A stretch of DNA of 63,806 bases, filler included, from Thelocarpon superellum (taxonomy: Eukaryota), in assembly GCA_026025795.1 (NCBI GenBank). It is 3 parts of 3 records of this genome, joined end to end, with 100 filler letters (N's around TTAATTAATTAA, not from the genome) between each part and the next. Parts side by side here need not be neighbours in the genome. Positions count along the whole stretch, not along the records: positions 42,805 to 63,806 come from JAPEUG010000315.1; 2 more parts are not named here. One strand, 5' to 3'. A program made the translations under genes and the position numbers. Shown piece after piece: positions 49,885-60,686 of this stretch. The notes beneath the pieces are model-generated. The model worked only from the letters and a program-made list of their open reading frames with translations, ran no database searches and was not told where the DNA came from. How positions within the stretch are numbered: position 1 is the first letter of the stretch; every line of letters begins with the position of its first letter.

Positions 49885-50072
49885 ATTGTGAAACACACTG
49901 TTTACTGTCGGTGGCCTGTCTGTCATCCTCGATCGTCACCCTCAAAACCCGCCGCTGCGACATCCGCGGCTTGGGGTGGCGTCGAGAGAGCACGATTCAG
50001 GCATCGATGACCGCCTTTGTCCCACCCTCACCCTCTACACCCCCGTGTCCAGAAGCAGGGCCGGCCATCTTC

Positions 50073-53000
50073 ATGGTCGCGCCATGCTCTCCGCACCGCT
50101 CGGCTGGTGGCACCCTGCACCTCCCGTCGCCCAGCGCCATCCATCACCATGATGCCACGGCCGCCATCCGCTCGTTGAGACGATCGCTGTCGAGGTCGCC
50201 GTCACGCGGACCCGCCTTCCACCTCGTCACCTCACCCTCATCATCCGCCTCATCCAAATCGCCGCTCTCGCCCTCGCCACGTCCCACGTACTACGCGGCG
50301 GCGCCGAGCGCACCCTCCCCTCTCGCCATTCCCTTTCCGCCGAGCGCCAAGATCCACCGCACCTCGGGCAAGAAAGCTGGCTCGATGCGGGTGTCGCTGC
50401 GATCGCGCACCTCGCCCGCCAGCCCGGCCCGACGACCGCTCATGCAATCGCGCGATCACGGCAATGCCGCCGGCTCATCGCCCGGGCCGACCAAAGCTCG
50501 CGCCGACGGCCTCTTCACGCGAAGCGCCAGTCCCGTGGAGAAGTCCCCGGCGGAGCGAGGGTCGCGACGCGCCAGCATGATCGTGGAAGATCACCTGCGC
50601 GCGCCCAACCATGCCCTGGCCCGGATGGAGAAATCGGGCCACCTGGTCACGACCGGCGCGGCCAGCATGTCCATGTCGAGCCCGCTCAAGCGCAGCGACG
50701 GGGTCATGAACCTCGATCAAGCCAGCCTGGGCAGCCCCGTGGCCAAGCGGCGTAGCTTGCACGCCCCCGCGGCCGCCGAGGTCGACTTCAACCTCTTCGA
50801 CCCGGCCTCCTTGGCGGCGGCGGCCGAAGGAAGCGCCGAGATGACCGATGCCGATGCCAGTCATGACGCTGCTGTCGCGGCGGGAGACGCGACTGGTCTA
50901 CCGCCCTCATCGCCCTTGTTCGCCTCGATGCCCAAGCGTTCCTCATCGCTGCGTAAATCGACGCTTCAGCAACGACACGATAAGCCCACCTTTGCCCGCG
51001 CCCGGCTCAACCCCGATCTGGCGCTGGAGTTTGCCAATCTGGGTGCGGGTGCGACGCGCGGCAAACCACATCGCATGTCGCTGGAGAACTTCCTACCGCC
51101 CATGGCGCGTGAGAGCCCCTTCGCCTCGCCGGGGATGCTTCCAAACGCGTCGATGCATCTGCTGTCCCACCAGCCGGGCGACTCGCAGCACGTCGAGGCG
51201 CCGCAAGCGCCGCCACACCCGCTGTCGCATGCCATGACCCAATCCTCCTCCAGCTCCAGCGTGGTCGACGATTCGCCCACCCATGCTCCCTTGCGCAACC
51301 GCGATCACTCGCGGCCGCCGCCGCCCTTCAGCCGCTCGCTCCCCGCGGGTGCGGCGCGACCCAGCTATGGTGGGAACGCACCGCACGACCCGTCATCGCA
51401 GGGCTCGAGCTCCGAGGCATCCTACGTCACGCCGCACAACTACAGGCTGGTCAAGCCGCTTCCGGCGGCATTCATGTCGACGGGATTGATCTCGAAGCGC
51501 AATCGGCACCCGGAGGACGCGCAGCTGGCGAGCAAGGCGCCGATGCCCGACACCCCCTGCAAGCGACCGACCAGCATCTTCCAGCCTGCGCCCGCGCCGC
51601 TGCCCACGAGTGCGTTTGGCCAGGGGCGGGAGGTCCGTCACGAGTTCGGCACGCCGTCGACGCCCTTTAATCCTCACGCCTCCCGACCGGTGCCTGGCAC
51701 GTTTGGGAAGGGGGTCAGCATCTTCGGCAGCCGCTTTGGCGGCGGAAGCCTGGTCCGCCGCGGCAGCTTCGTGAGCATCGACGGTGACGAGGCCGCGCCC
51801 TCGCCCACGAGCAAGGGTGACAGCCAGTCGAGCGAGTACGACCTGCCGCCGACACCAACCAAGCACAGCCTTGGTCTGGCTCCGGCCCCGCTTAGCGTTA
51901 CCTCGGCCGCCGTGGTTCGCCCGGCGGACGGCCGCGACGCCATGCATCTCATGGCCGGCGTCTCCGCTCCTGGTCTCATTGGCGCCGCTCAAGGTACGTG
52001 TCCTCCGGCACGTAAAGCCGGTGGGTGGTCCCTGGCTCACGATGCGTTCATAGGGAGTCCCGATCGATCGCTGGAGGGCTCGGAGCGAGCGTCACCGCAG
52101 ACGCCGCAGGAGATGGTCCTCCCGCCCGATCCGAGCGGCCTGTCCATCTCTGGTCATGGCGACGGAGGCTTTGTCAAGCCAACGCACCATTGCAGCAGTA
52201 GCGCCTCTACCTATCCCCCAGCGACACCCACGGCGGCGCGTGATTCGTTTCCGCCACACAAGCACCGACCGCTCGTGGGCCCGCTGCATAGTTTCGCCGC
52301 GGCCGAGGTGGACCCGAGCTTGATCTCGCGCTTTGACAAGGTAGAGCTGGTGGGGACCGGCGAATTCTCGCAGGTCTACCGCGTGGCGCGGGTGACGTCC
52401 ACGTCCTCGCCCGTGAGCCATCAACCCCAAAGCAGTGCCACGTCGATGGGCGCCCCGTCGTCGACGGTGTCGCGGGGTGTGTTTGCGGTCAAGAAGTCAC
52501 GACATGCGTATGCGGGAGTCAAGGATCGACAGCGGAAGATACACGAGGTCGAGGTGCTCCGCGCGCTGCAGAACTCGGACCACGTGGTGCAGTTCATGGA
52601 CAGCTGGGAAGAGCGCAACCATCTCTATATCCAGACGGAGTTTTGCGAAGAGGGGAGCCTCGACATGTTTCTCGCCCAGGTAGGACGACGGGCACGGCTG
52701 GACGACTTCCGGATCTGGAAAGTGATGCTCGAGCTGGCACAGGTAGGTGGATGCATGGGTTGATGGATGAGCGAGGAGCGTGGAGGCTGACGTGAGATAG
52801 GGCCTGAAACACATTCACGACACCGGCTTCATCCATCTCGATCTCAAGCCGGCCAACGTGCTCATCACGTTCGAAGGGGTGTTGAAGATTGGCGACTTTG
52901 GCATGGCCAACGCCTGGCCGGCGCCGCCGGGGATCGACGGCGAAGGCGACCGCGAGTACATTGGCCCGGAGATTCTCATGGGCAAATTCGACAAGCCGGC

Positions 53001-53613
53001 CGACGTCTTTGCGCTGGGTCTGATCATGCTGGAGATCGCGGGGAACGTGGAGCTGCCAGACAACGGACCGTCGTGGCAGAAGCTGCGGACAGGGGACATG
53101 AGCGACGTGCCGAGCCTGACGTCCAACTCGTCAAGCACCGTGTCGCGTGACTCGTCGGGCAATCCCGTGTCGCCCGACCACTCGGCCGAGACCTTTTACG
53201 CCTCCGACTCGGGCGACGAGCACTTTGGCTCGCCGAGCCTCCTCCGCCGCGCCCGACGCGAGGCACGCAAGGAGGAGGAGGAGGCAGGCTTTGTCGGGAT
53301 GCCCCGGCGGGGAGAATTGCTGGACCCGCCGAGCTTCATGACGGACGCGCAGAATGAGCAAGCGCTGGACCGGGTGGTGCGCTGGATGATCTCGCCGAAT
53401 CCCGCGGACCGACCGGTAGTGGACCAGATCCTGCAGACGGTCGGCGTCACGTGGGCCTATCGTCGACGACGCTCGGGGGCGACGATCTACGAGGGCAACT
53501 GGGGTCCGGCCGATGACGTGTTGGGAGCGGCGGATGTGCCGGGAGCGACGGAGACGGCGCTGGCACCGGCGGAGACGATGCCGGGGCTGGACACGGAGAT
53601 GGTCGACGGATAG
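50073..53613 (+). CDS. SWE1: Wee1/Swe1 family CDK-inhibitory kinase
   Basis: GGTLHLPSP, SPLKRSDGVMNLDQASLGSPVAKRRSLH, KPLPAAFMSTGLISK, MPDTPCK; kinase GTGEFSQVY, AVKK, HLDLKPAN, IGDFGMA, EGDREYIGPE. Intron 52743-52800 and probably 51994-52053; alternative ATG at 50007. Confidence 0.93.
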
Positions 53614-54563
53614 CTCGGTCATGCCCGGCGACCGACTGGATAGCGATGACGGTCTGGGTTGGACATATTCGCCTTGGCTTTGACTCGAGCATTGCCACGA
53701 TGACGTCCGCCTTTTCAGCTTGTCATGTCGATGAAGGGTTGGAGTCGGGTTGGGGATCGACCCATGGGATGCATATTGCGTTGCGACGGCACTTCAGTGA
53801 TGAATCTTCTTTTGCTCCGCCCTACCCGTCAGGGACCAAGGAGCAGGAGCCAGGAACCAGGAGCCAGGAGCCAGGAGCCAGGAGCAAGCACTCGTTGACG
53901 GCCTCTAGACATGACCTTTGCATTTTTCCCTTTTTCGACTGCCCAAGGGCCCGAGACATTCCCCATTGCACTTTCAGTTTCACTTTCCCCAATCTGTCCT
54001 TGACTGCCCGCCCTGGCCCAGCCCCTCTCCGACTTCCCATCGCTCGACCTGTGCCTTTTCCCATTCGAATCCCGCGAAGAGGTAATCCACTTCGGAGGAC
54101 GACCAGAAGCGACCGACAGCGCGGAGGATGGACAGACAGAGACAGGAAGAGATCTGAGGCTTGATGATGACGATGATGTGACGAAGGAATTTCTGTTTCT
54201 GACTCGCTTGACTTGTGTCGACATGATCTGATTGGCCAAGGTGGAAGATCAAAGATCAAGCTTGTACTCTAGCTATTCTCGAGAGCTTCTTTCCAATGTC
54301 ATGACGTGGTGATTGATGGGATGGATCGACGAGACGATGTAGATGTGATGCAGGTGTGTCAGGGTGGAGGTGTGTAGATGCAGACATGTGGAGGAGTGTG
54401 TGGGTAGAGAATGATGAAAGGAGTGGTGAATGGAGCTGGGACGAACGAAATCACCCGAGGCGGCGAGATGAGCCACAACTCACATTGAGTTTCGCCGCAT
54501 GGCGAACTTACCATCACCATCAAATTCCATCCATCCCCACCTCATCAACCCGACCCACATCCT

Positions 54564-54638
54564 GACCACGAGGACCACGAGGACCACGAGGACCACGAGG
54601 ACCACGAGGACGACGACGACGACGACGACGACGACGAG
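54564..54638. repeat. Compound tandem repeat (GACCACGAG)5(GAC)9 in the IMP3 leader
   Basis: Directly visible; ends 8 nt before the IMP3 ATG. Confidence 0.92.
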
Positions 54639-54646
54639 CGGTGAAA

Positions 54647-55528
54647 ATGGTACGCAAGCTGCGACACCACGAAGCGAAGCTACTGCGCAAAGTCGACTTC
54701 ACCACCTACGCGTCGGACGACTCGCACCGCGCGGCTGCCGTCGTACGCCGGTACGCGATGCAGAAGCCGTCGGACTACGACAAGTACAATCGGCTCTGTG
54801 GATCGCTGCGCCAGCTCGCGCATCGGCTGACGCTGTTGGAGGCGGGCGATCCCGTGCGGAGAAAGCTGGAGGAGGGCATGTTGGACAAGCTGTGGGCGTT
54901 GGGTGTTTTGGGGACCGGTTCGTTTTCTCTCTCCCTCGCTCGCTGGTCGGGGTACGATGGGTGGGAGGACCACCGCTGACATCATCTCTTGAACGTCGGG
55001 ATAGGAGGCGGAGGGAAAGGAAAGCTAAGTGACGTCGAACACAAGGTCACCGTCAGTTCGTTCGCGCGCAGGAGACTGGCGGTGGTGATGACGCGGTTGA
55101 GGATGTGCGAGACCGTGCAGTCTGTGCGTACCCGCCCTTCCCTCGACTTCATCCCCCCCCATCCATCCATGAACCTGGACACGTCTCCTGGTCCCTCGCC
55201 CTCGCCCTCGCCCTCGCCCTGGCCCTCGCGCCCGCAGCTACATACATGTCCATGCTGACTGGTTGCATCAAAAGGGCACGAAATTCATCGAACAAGGCCA
55301 CGTGCGCGTCGGCCCGGAAGTCATGACGGATCCTGCATACTTGGTGACGAGGTGATTGCATCCCGTCCTGTCTCCTTTCCCTCTTCCTGCAGCCCCTGGA
55401 CTGACGGTGGTGTGTGGTCTGGTGGGCACAGAAACATGGAGGACTTCGTCACGTGGGTCGACTCGTCCAAGATCAAGCGCAACATTCTCAAGTATCGTGA
55501 CAAGCTGGATGATTTTGATTTACTTTGA
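54647..55528 (+). CDS. IMP3: U3 snoRNP protein Imp3
   Basis: [86 protein letters not shown]; three introns. Confidence 0.95.
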
Positions 55529-55660
55529 TGTTCACCCCACCGTCTCTTCCCGCTCCGCTCCTGTTCTGTTTGTTAATTCTTCTAGAGATACCCATGTAGA
55601 GACGTGCATGTAGGGACGTGTACAGCATAGTACATATCGTACAGGACAAGGTAGAGGTAA

Positions 55661-56953
55661 TTACGCAGACTGAAACCACTTGGTAGGACACGGCTCACCC
55701 GTCCAGTTGCCAAAGCCCAGGTCCCACGCCCACGAAGCCAACCAGGCGTAGTTGTCAGCGTTGAACCTCGGCGACGCCGGGTTCCAATTGCCCACGAGGG
55801 AATGGCACCCGGGAACGCCATACTCCAAGTCGCCGATATGCCTGCCGTCGGCGATGGCATCGACGTGCATGAGCTCATGAAGCAGGACGTAGCCCAGCCG
55901 CAGGACCTGGTCCGGCTTCGACGAGCACGGGTCCGGGTTCTCCGACGCGCTCATCGCCGACGGACACATGACCACGTAGGCCAGGCTTTCGTCCCGCTTC
56001 GCTATCACCTTGTTGTCGGCGTAGCCTCGTATCCGGCCCGCGCGTTTGCGTCGACACCACGACTTCACGTCCTCGCACATGATGTCTACCGCTGCCGATC
56101 CCGTCTCGGCCATGACGGATGAGTGCACCCGCTCCATGATCCTCGTGACGGCGTCGGTGTCGCTGGAACGGAAGAAGTAGTTGAGTGGGTAGTTCCCCTT
56201 CGTCGCTGCGTTGGCGCCCGCTACCGCGAGAAGGTCCGCGTCGCGGATCGCAATCGCCATTCGCGAGGCCCGCTTGTCTTTGCAGGTCTTGCTGTCGACC
56301 GTTATTCCGGATCGGGGGAGCTCGGTGGGTGTGGGTCCGATGTCGACGTCGGATTCGTCTTCGTCGTGAATCAGGATCACGCGCTTGGCGATGGGAAAGG
56401 CGCTGAGTCGTGGGAGTTGCACGGAGAGATTGGCCGCCGTGACGGCGATGCTGGATAGATTGACCGCGGCCAGTTCGCCAATCAGGTTGGTGGTGTTGGT
56501 GGTTTCGTTGATGGCTAGCGCACCGTCGAAATCGTCTCCGATGATCCCCTGGAAGTGAGAGTGGATGGCCACGGTGACGGGCCCGTCGCCAGCATCGTCC
56601 GGCCGCACGTAGTAACTGAGGTTGAAGTCGCGCGTGAAGTTCTCTCCAGGGGCCAGGGTGAAGAGATCCTCGAGGAAGAGCCCGTCGTACATGAGATGGC
56701 TCGCTGCCACGGGAACGGCGGTGCCATTGGATCCGACGGCCTTGACCGGCGCTGAGCGATGGAGGAGGTCGAAGATGTTGTTCAGCGCCACGACGGAGAT
56801 GTTGGTGCTGGTGGGATTGGTGATGATCGCTTCAATCACCTCGGGCGTGTCATTGAACGAGGTCAGTGTGCCGGTAAGCTGGGCGGAGATAAGCTGGGCC
56901 AAGGGGACCGCCAGGAGGATCTGCCAGATCTGCCAGATCTGCCATGGGGCCAT
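55661..56953 (-). CDS. Secreted deuterolysin-like zinc metalloprotease (M35) with pro-domain
   Basis: Signal peptide, pro-region (ITNPTSTNISVVALNNIFD...TLAPGE), dibasic KR site, HELMH, GDLEYG and NADNY motifs, Cys pattern; single exon. Confidence 0.85.
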   Translation of the reverse strand: MAPWQIWQIWQILLAVPLAQLISAQLTGTLTSFNDTPEVIEAIITNPTSTNISVVALNNIFDLLHRSAPVKAVGSNGTAVPVAASHLMYDGLFLEDLFTLAPGENFTRDFNLSYYVRPDDAGDGPVTVAIHSHFQGIIGDDFDGALAINETTNTTNLIGELAAVNLSSIAVTAANLSVQLPRLSAFPIAKRVILIHDEDESDVDIGPTPTELPRSGITVDSKTCKDKRASRMAIAIRDADLLAVAGANAATKGNYPLNYFFRSSDTDAVTRIMERVHSSVMAETGSAAVDIMCEDVKSWCRRKRAGRIRGYADNKVIAKRDESLAYVVMCPSAMSASENPDPCSSKPDQVLRLGYVLLHELMHVDAIADGRHIGDLEYGVPGCHSLVGNWNPASPRFNADNYAWLASWAWDLGFGNWTGEPCPTKWFQSA

Positions 56954-58039
56954 GACGGCATCTCAGACCCAAGTTCGGAGAGGGACAGAGGAAGGGAGAA
57001 GGGAGAAGAGGGACAAAGAACTCGACAAGGATCGAGAGAGGCGCCCTGCCACCCATCCTCCCACGCACGCATTCCACGTGGTGACCCGGCCGATGGATCC
57101 TGCGGCGACTGACACCAAGGAACAGTGAGGGAAACAAGCATGGAACGGTTCAGATGCAAGCATAGTCGCCAGCGAGCTATTACCATCGCACCACCTGGCG
57201 GTGCCATGTTTTGTTTGATCCTTCCTATGGCCATAGGATACCGATGGGTTGAATGAACGCCGGCGTGATTGGACCAGTGGGAGAGGCAAGGAAACAGGAT
57301 CTGCCCACAGTGTTTCCGTTATTATCTCATGCTGGATATAGCATGAGTCCAAGGCACATTCGAGAAAGCAAGCCGCGAGGGAGAAAAGAGGTGGTGGAAG
57401 AGAGGGAGGGAGGGTGGGAGAGTTCAGGACCAGGCGGAAAAGGGCGACGGAAGGGTCGCTTCATCTTCGCTTCTCCATCGCTTGGTCGCTTGATTGCTGG
57501 ATGGATGCGAGGATCTGTCCAAAACATCGGGCTTATGCATTTGCTTGTAGATACTACGCGACACGAACCTGACGAGGCGCGGAACTGTCGAATCACGTGC
57601 ACCATAGAAGATCCGAGAGTGTTAGAAGATGACATAATCAGCAGTTGGTCATGGAAGGCGGAACAGGAAATGCTGCTTTGTCGGTTCCCGTATAAATGGT
57701 ATGGGGAGACCCAAGCAGAGTTTTATTAGCTAGCCGTAATACTATCTACACTGTATTCCCACTTCGCAACAGAGAGACGTCCACGAGAGCCGTGCCCACC
57801 TCTATTCGTATTGTCTAGCCCTGCTCATAAATATCGCTCACGTAGGCTATTTACAGCTGGCGCATGACCTAACTGTGACAATGCTTGGTGAACCAGTGCC
57901 ATAAATGTCCGTCTAGGGAGCCTTGACACAATGCAATGCGACACGCCACAATGCCCATAATGCTGACGCCCTCTACCCCAACGCCGTTCGTGAAACAGGC
58001 AAGAATGATCCACGGGTGGTGAGTAGCCAAAATACAAAA

Positions 58040-59562
58040 TCACACGTGTGGAAGATATTGCGACCAATCGACCGTCACAAACGCAGAAGGAGGTAAACTT
58101 CGCATGCCAATCACATCCTCCACCAGAATGTAGGCCCTCGATGTTGCATATAAGCCACACAAGAAGACGGTGGGAATCAAGATCCAGGGAGATAGTCGCG
58201 ATGGGGAGTTCTCGCCTGAGAGATGCTCGACGTCTCGGATAATCATAGCTTTGGCCCACTCACCAGGCATGGTCAATCCCCACGCTACTGGCTGATCCCA
58301 TTGTGGGAGAGCTGTTTGCCGTTGAAAGATGACGTGGTCAGTGAAACCTGTGATAAGGCATCCAAACACCCCAAAGGCGAGAGCGATGATGCTCGCCAGT
58401 CGCCACAGCACGTGTTCGACCCAAGAGGGGAAACAAACGTTCCACGCCGCACAGAACAGCGCGCTGTACGTGATGATAAGGACTGCTCCCAGCGACCCTG
58501 ATCTCTTAGCCGAGACTCGCCACCTGATGCTGGGAACGCGACTTCTTGGTCGGGCCTCATCTGGTGGATCGAAGAGACCTGTGAAGAAGCGAAGGACGGG
58601 AGATTTTTGGTAAAAGGCCCAAAGCAAGCCTAAGAACGACGGGGTGTTGGTCACAAATTCGAGAGGATCATAACGATATTGCACATCTGGTTGAAGCCCC
58701 GCCTACGCCGTAGGGTCAGGAAGGACTTCATGACAGAAGGGGTCCTGTGGTCTTACCTGAAGTCGAATGTCTGCCATCATGACATCGATCCGGAGAAAGA
58801 CAGGCTGCCGCACATCGGAGGGTTTATGCCTCCAGCAGAAAGACGTCGCAAGCATGAGATAGATAAAGCCCAGGGTTGTAATCTCGAGTGTGGTCAGGCT
58901 AAGATGTTGGATCGCTCGGCCAACACACGTTGTACAGAACCAAAGAGCTTGGAAGATAGTAAGAAACCTAGAGCATGGTTAGTTTACGGCGGGCCCCGTT
59001 CATCCATCGCCACATGCCTTGCCAGTCCATCGGCCTTATTCTTGTCTTCGATGAAAGCTTTGTCGGTGGTGGGGTGTAGGAGATAGCCTTTGGACACAAG
59101 ATAGTGTAGCTGTGCGGCATCGAGAGGAAAGGGCGGAACATCAGGTGACTGGAGGACGAAGCCGCCCATGTCGGCAAAGAAGGCGTGTGTCATGGTCCAG
59201 TTTGTATGCCCCGCGGCGTGGAACTTCTAAAGTTGCTCGTCAGAATGACCGAGCCTTCAGTTGCATGCCAAGACGAGAAGTACCTCGACTGAGCGCTGTG
59301 CAGACTCCCACTGGCCCAGGGCAACAGTAAAGACGAAATCGGGCCCGAGGACACACAGCATCGCCAAGCCAAACTTTTCGCGAAATCGGCCCCAGACGCC
59401 ATCGGTGGCGGCTGGGATGTTAGGACAAACGGATGTCCAGCAACAAAGAAAGATGGTCAAAACACAGGCGTAGATGATGTCAGACGTTCCCCGGTTATTT
59501 CCTTCGGACACCCAACCTCGCGTGGCGCTATTCTGTGCAACGGTCGAGTTGAGCGCGGCCAT
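58040..59562 (-). CDS. Uncharacterised fungal multi-pass membrane protein
   Basis: GWVSEGNNRGTSDIIYACVLTIFLCCWTSVCPN, WTMTHAFFADMGGF, IEDKNKADGLAR/FLTIFQALWF, LTTLE, WRHKPSDV, AWNVCFPSWVEHVLWR, RAYILVED...RSLPPSAFVTVDWSQYLPH. Three introns, the second GC-AG. Confidence 0.82.
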
Positions 59563-60686
59563 TCGACAACCCGTCAACCCAGCGACGAAAAGGCGAAGAA
59601 TACAATCGGGTCGATCTACCCAAGAGGAAAAGGTCGTCCAAGGTGGGCATCGCAGGGCCGGATGTCACTGTCGGAGGTAGGGCTCGATCCAGCTTCATGC
59701 GGACGGCTAAAGCCTGATATATAGCCGACAGGCAATATGACCTAAAGGAGGGGAGGGCGGGAAGATGCCGCTCGATGATAACTTGCAGGCCAAGACAACG
59801 CGGACTCCCGTAGCCATGTGTAGCTACCCGCAGACTGGCGACAGATGAAACACGGGAGGGCAGAGACCCAATCAGGGGTGGTTGTGCAAGAGATGAATCC
59901 ATGGATCCATTCCACAAGTCAGCGTTGGTGACGAGCACCAGTCCCGAGTCGCGGCCCCTGCATGATACAACCGTATCATAGCGACGATACGTTTGTATCA
60001 GGCAGCCTTCCGAACACGTCCAGCCGCTGCTCATAGAGCGGGTCGAGCCTCGTGGACGTGCGGGTGGGCGGCGGCGAGGCACGATTGGGCGGCAAACGGA
60101 GGGGGACGGATGTGACAGCGAACGAGGTTGTCCGTCGTTAAACGACGACGTCGCTAACGTGCCCCCCTGTAGAAAGCTGCGGGCCGAGATATGAGACGCA
60201 AGTGGCGAGCTTCTCGGATGCGCTCGTGGCCGCACGAATGGTACGAAGCACGAAGAACGAGTATTAATAGCGCGCAAGCGCCAGACTCGCCAACGGAAAT
60301 GGGTCACGGAAGAGCGCAGCGTCATCGTACTGACGCACCCCGGTTATTCCACCGGAGATGGGTGGTCTATTCTACAGAAGCTATCTGTCGTTCTAATATA
60401 CAGCTATTGTGGGTCACGTGAGGCGGCTTACTCAGAAGCCTCGAGCTCCCGTATGGAGCCTCCAGAGTACCAGCCGCCGTTGGTGGTAAGAGGATAGATC
60501 GTGGCTGCGAGCACGGGACGGACGCTCGATCCGCAATGCCACGTAACACGACGCGAATATCCGCAGCTTCCAGAAAAAAGCAATCGCTATCCTGCCGTGC
60601 CGTCTGGAAGATTTGGCGAGCCAACGCCCATACGAGCACCCTGGATTTACCAAGTCCCAAGAAGTACTGGAGATACCAAGTGTGTG

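Noticed and set aside
53836..53885. (CCAGGAG)n and other short tandem arrays (38990 CACTGC, 43262 CGCCAT, 31636 TAGG, 55193 CCCTCG) as CRISPR-like or functional arrays
   Set aside because: Simple microsatellites without unique spacers in UTRs or introns of a eukaryote.
54160..54232. ATGATGA...CTGA...CTGA as a box C/D snoRNA
   Set aside because: Box C sits inside a GAT microsatellite, no terminal stem, and I could not recognise an rRNA-complementary guide; snoscan would settle it.
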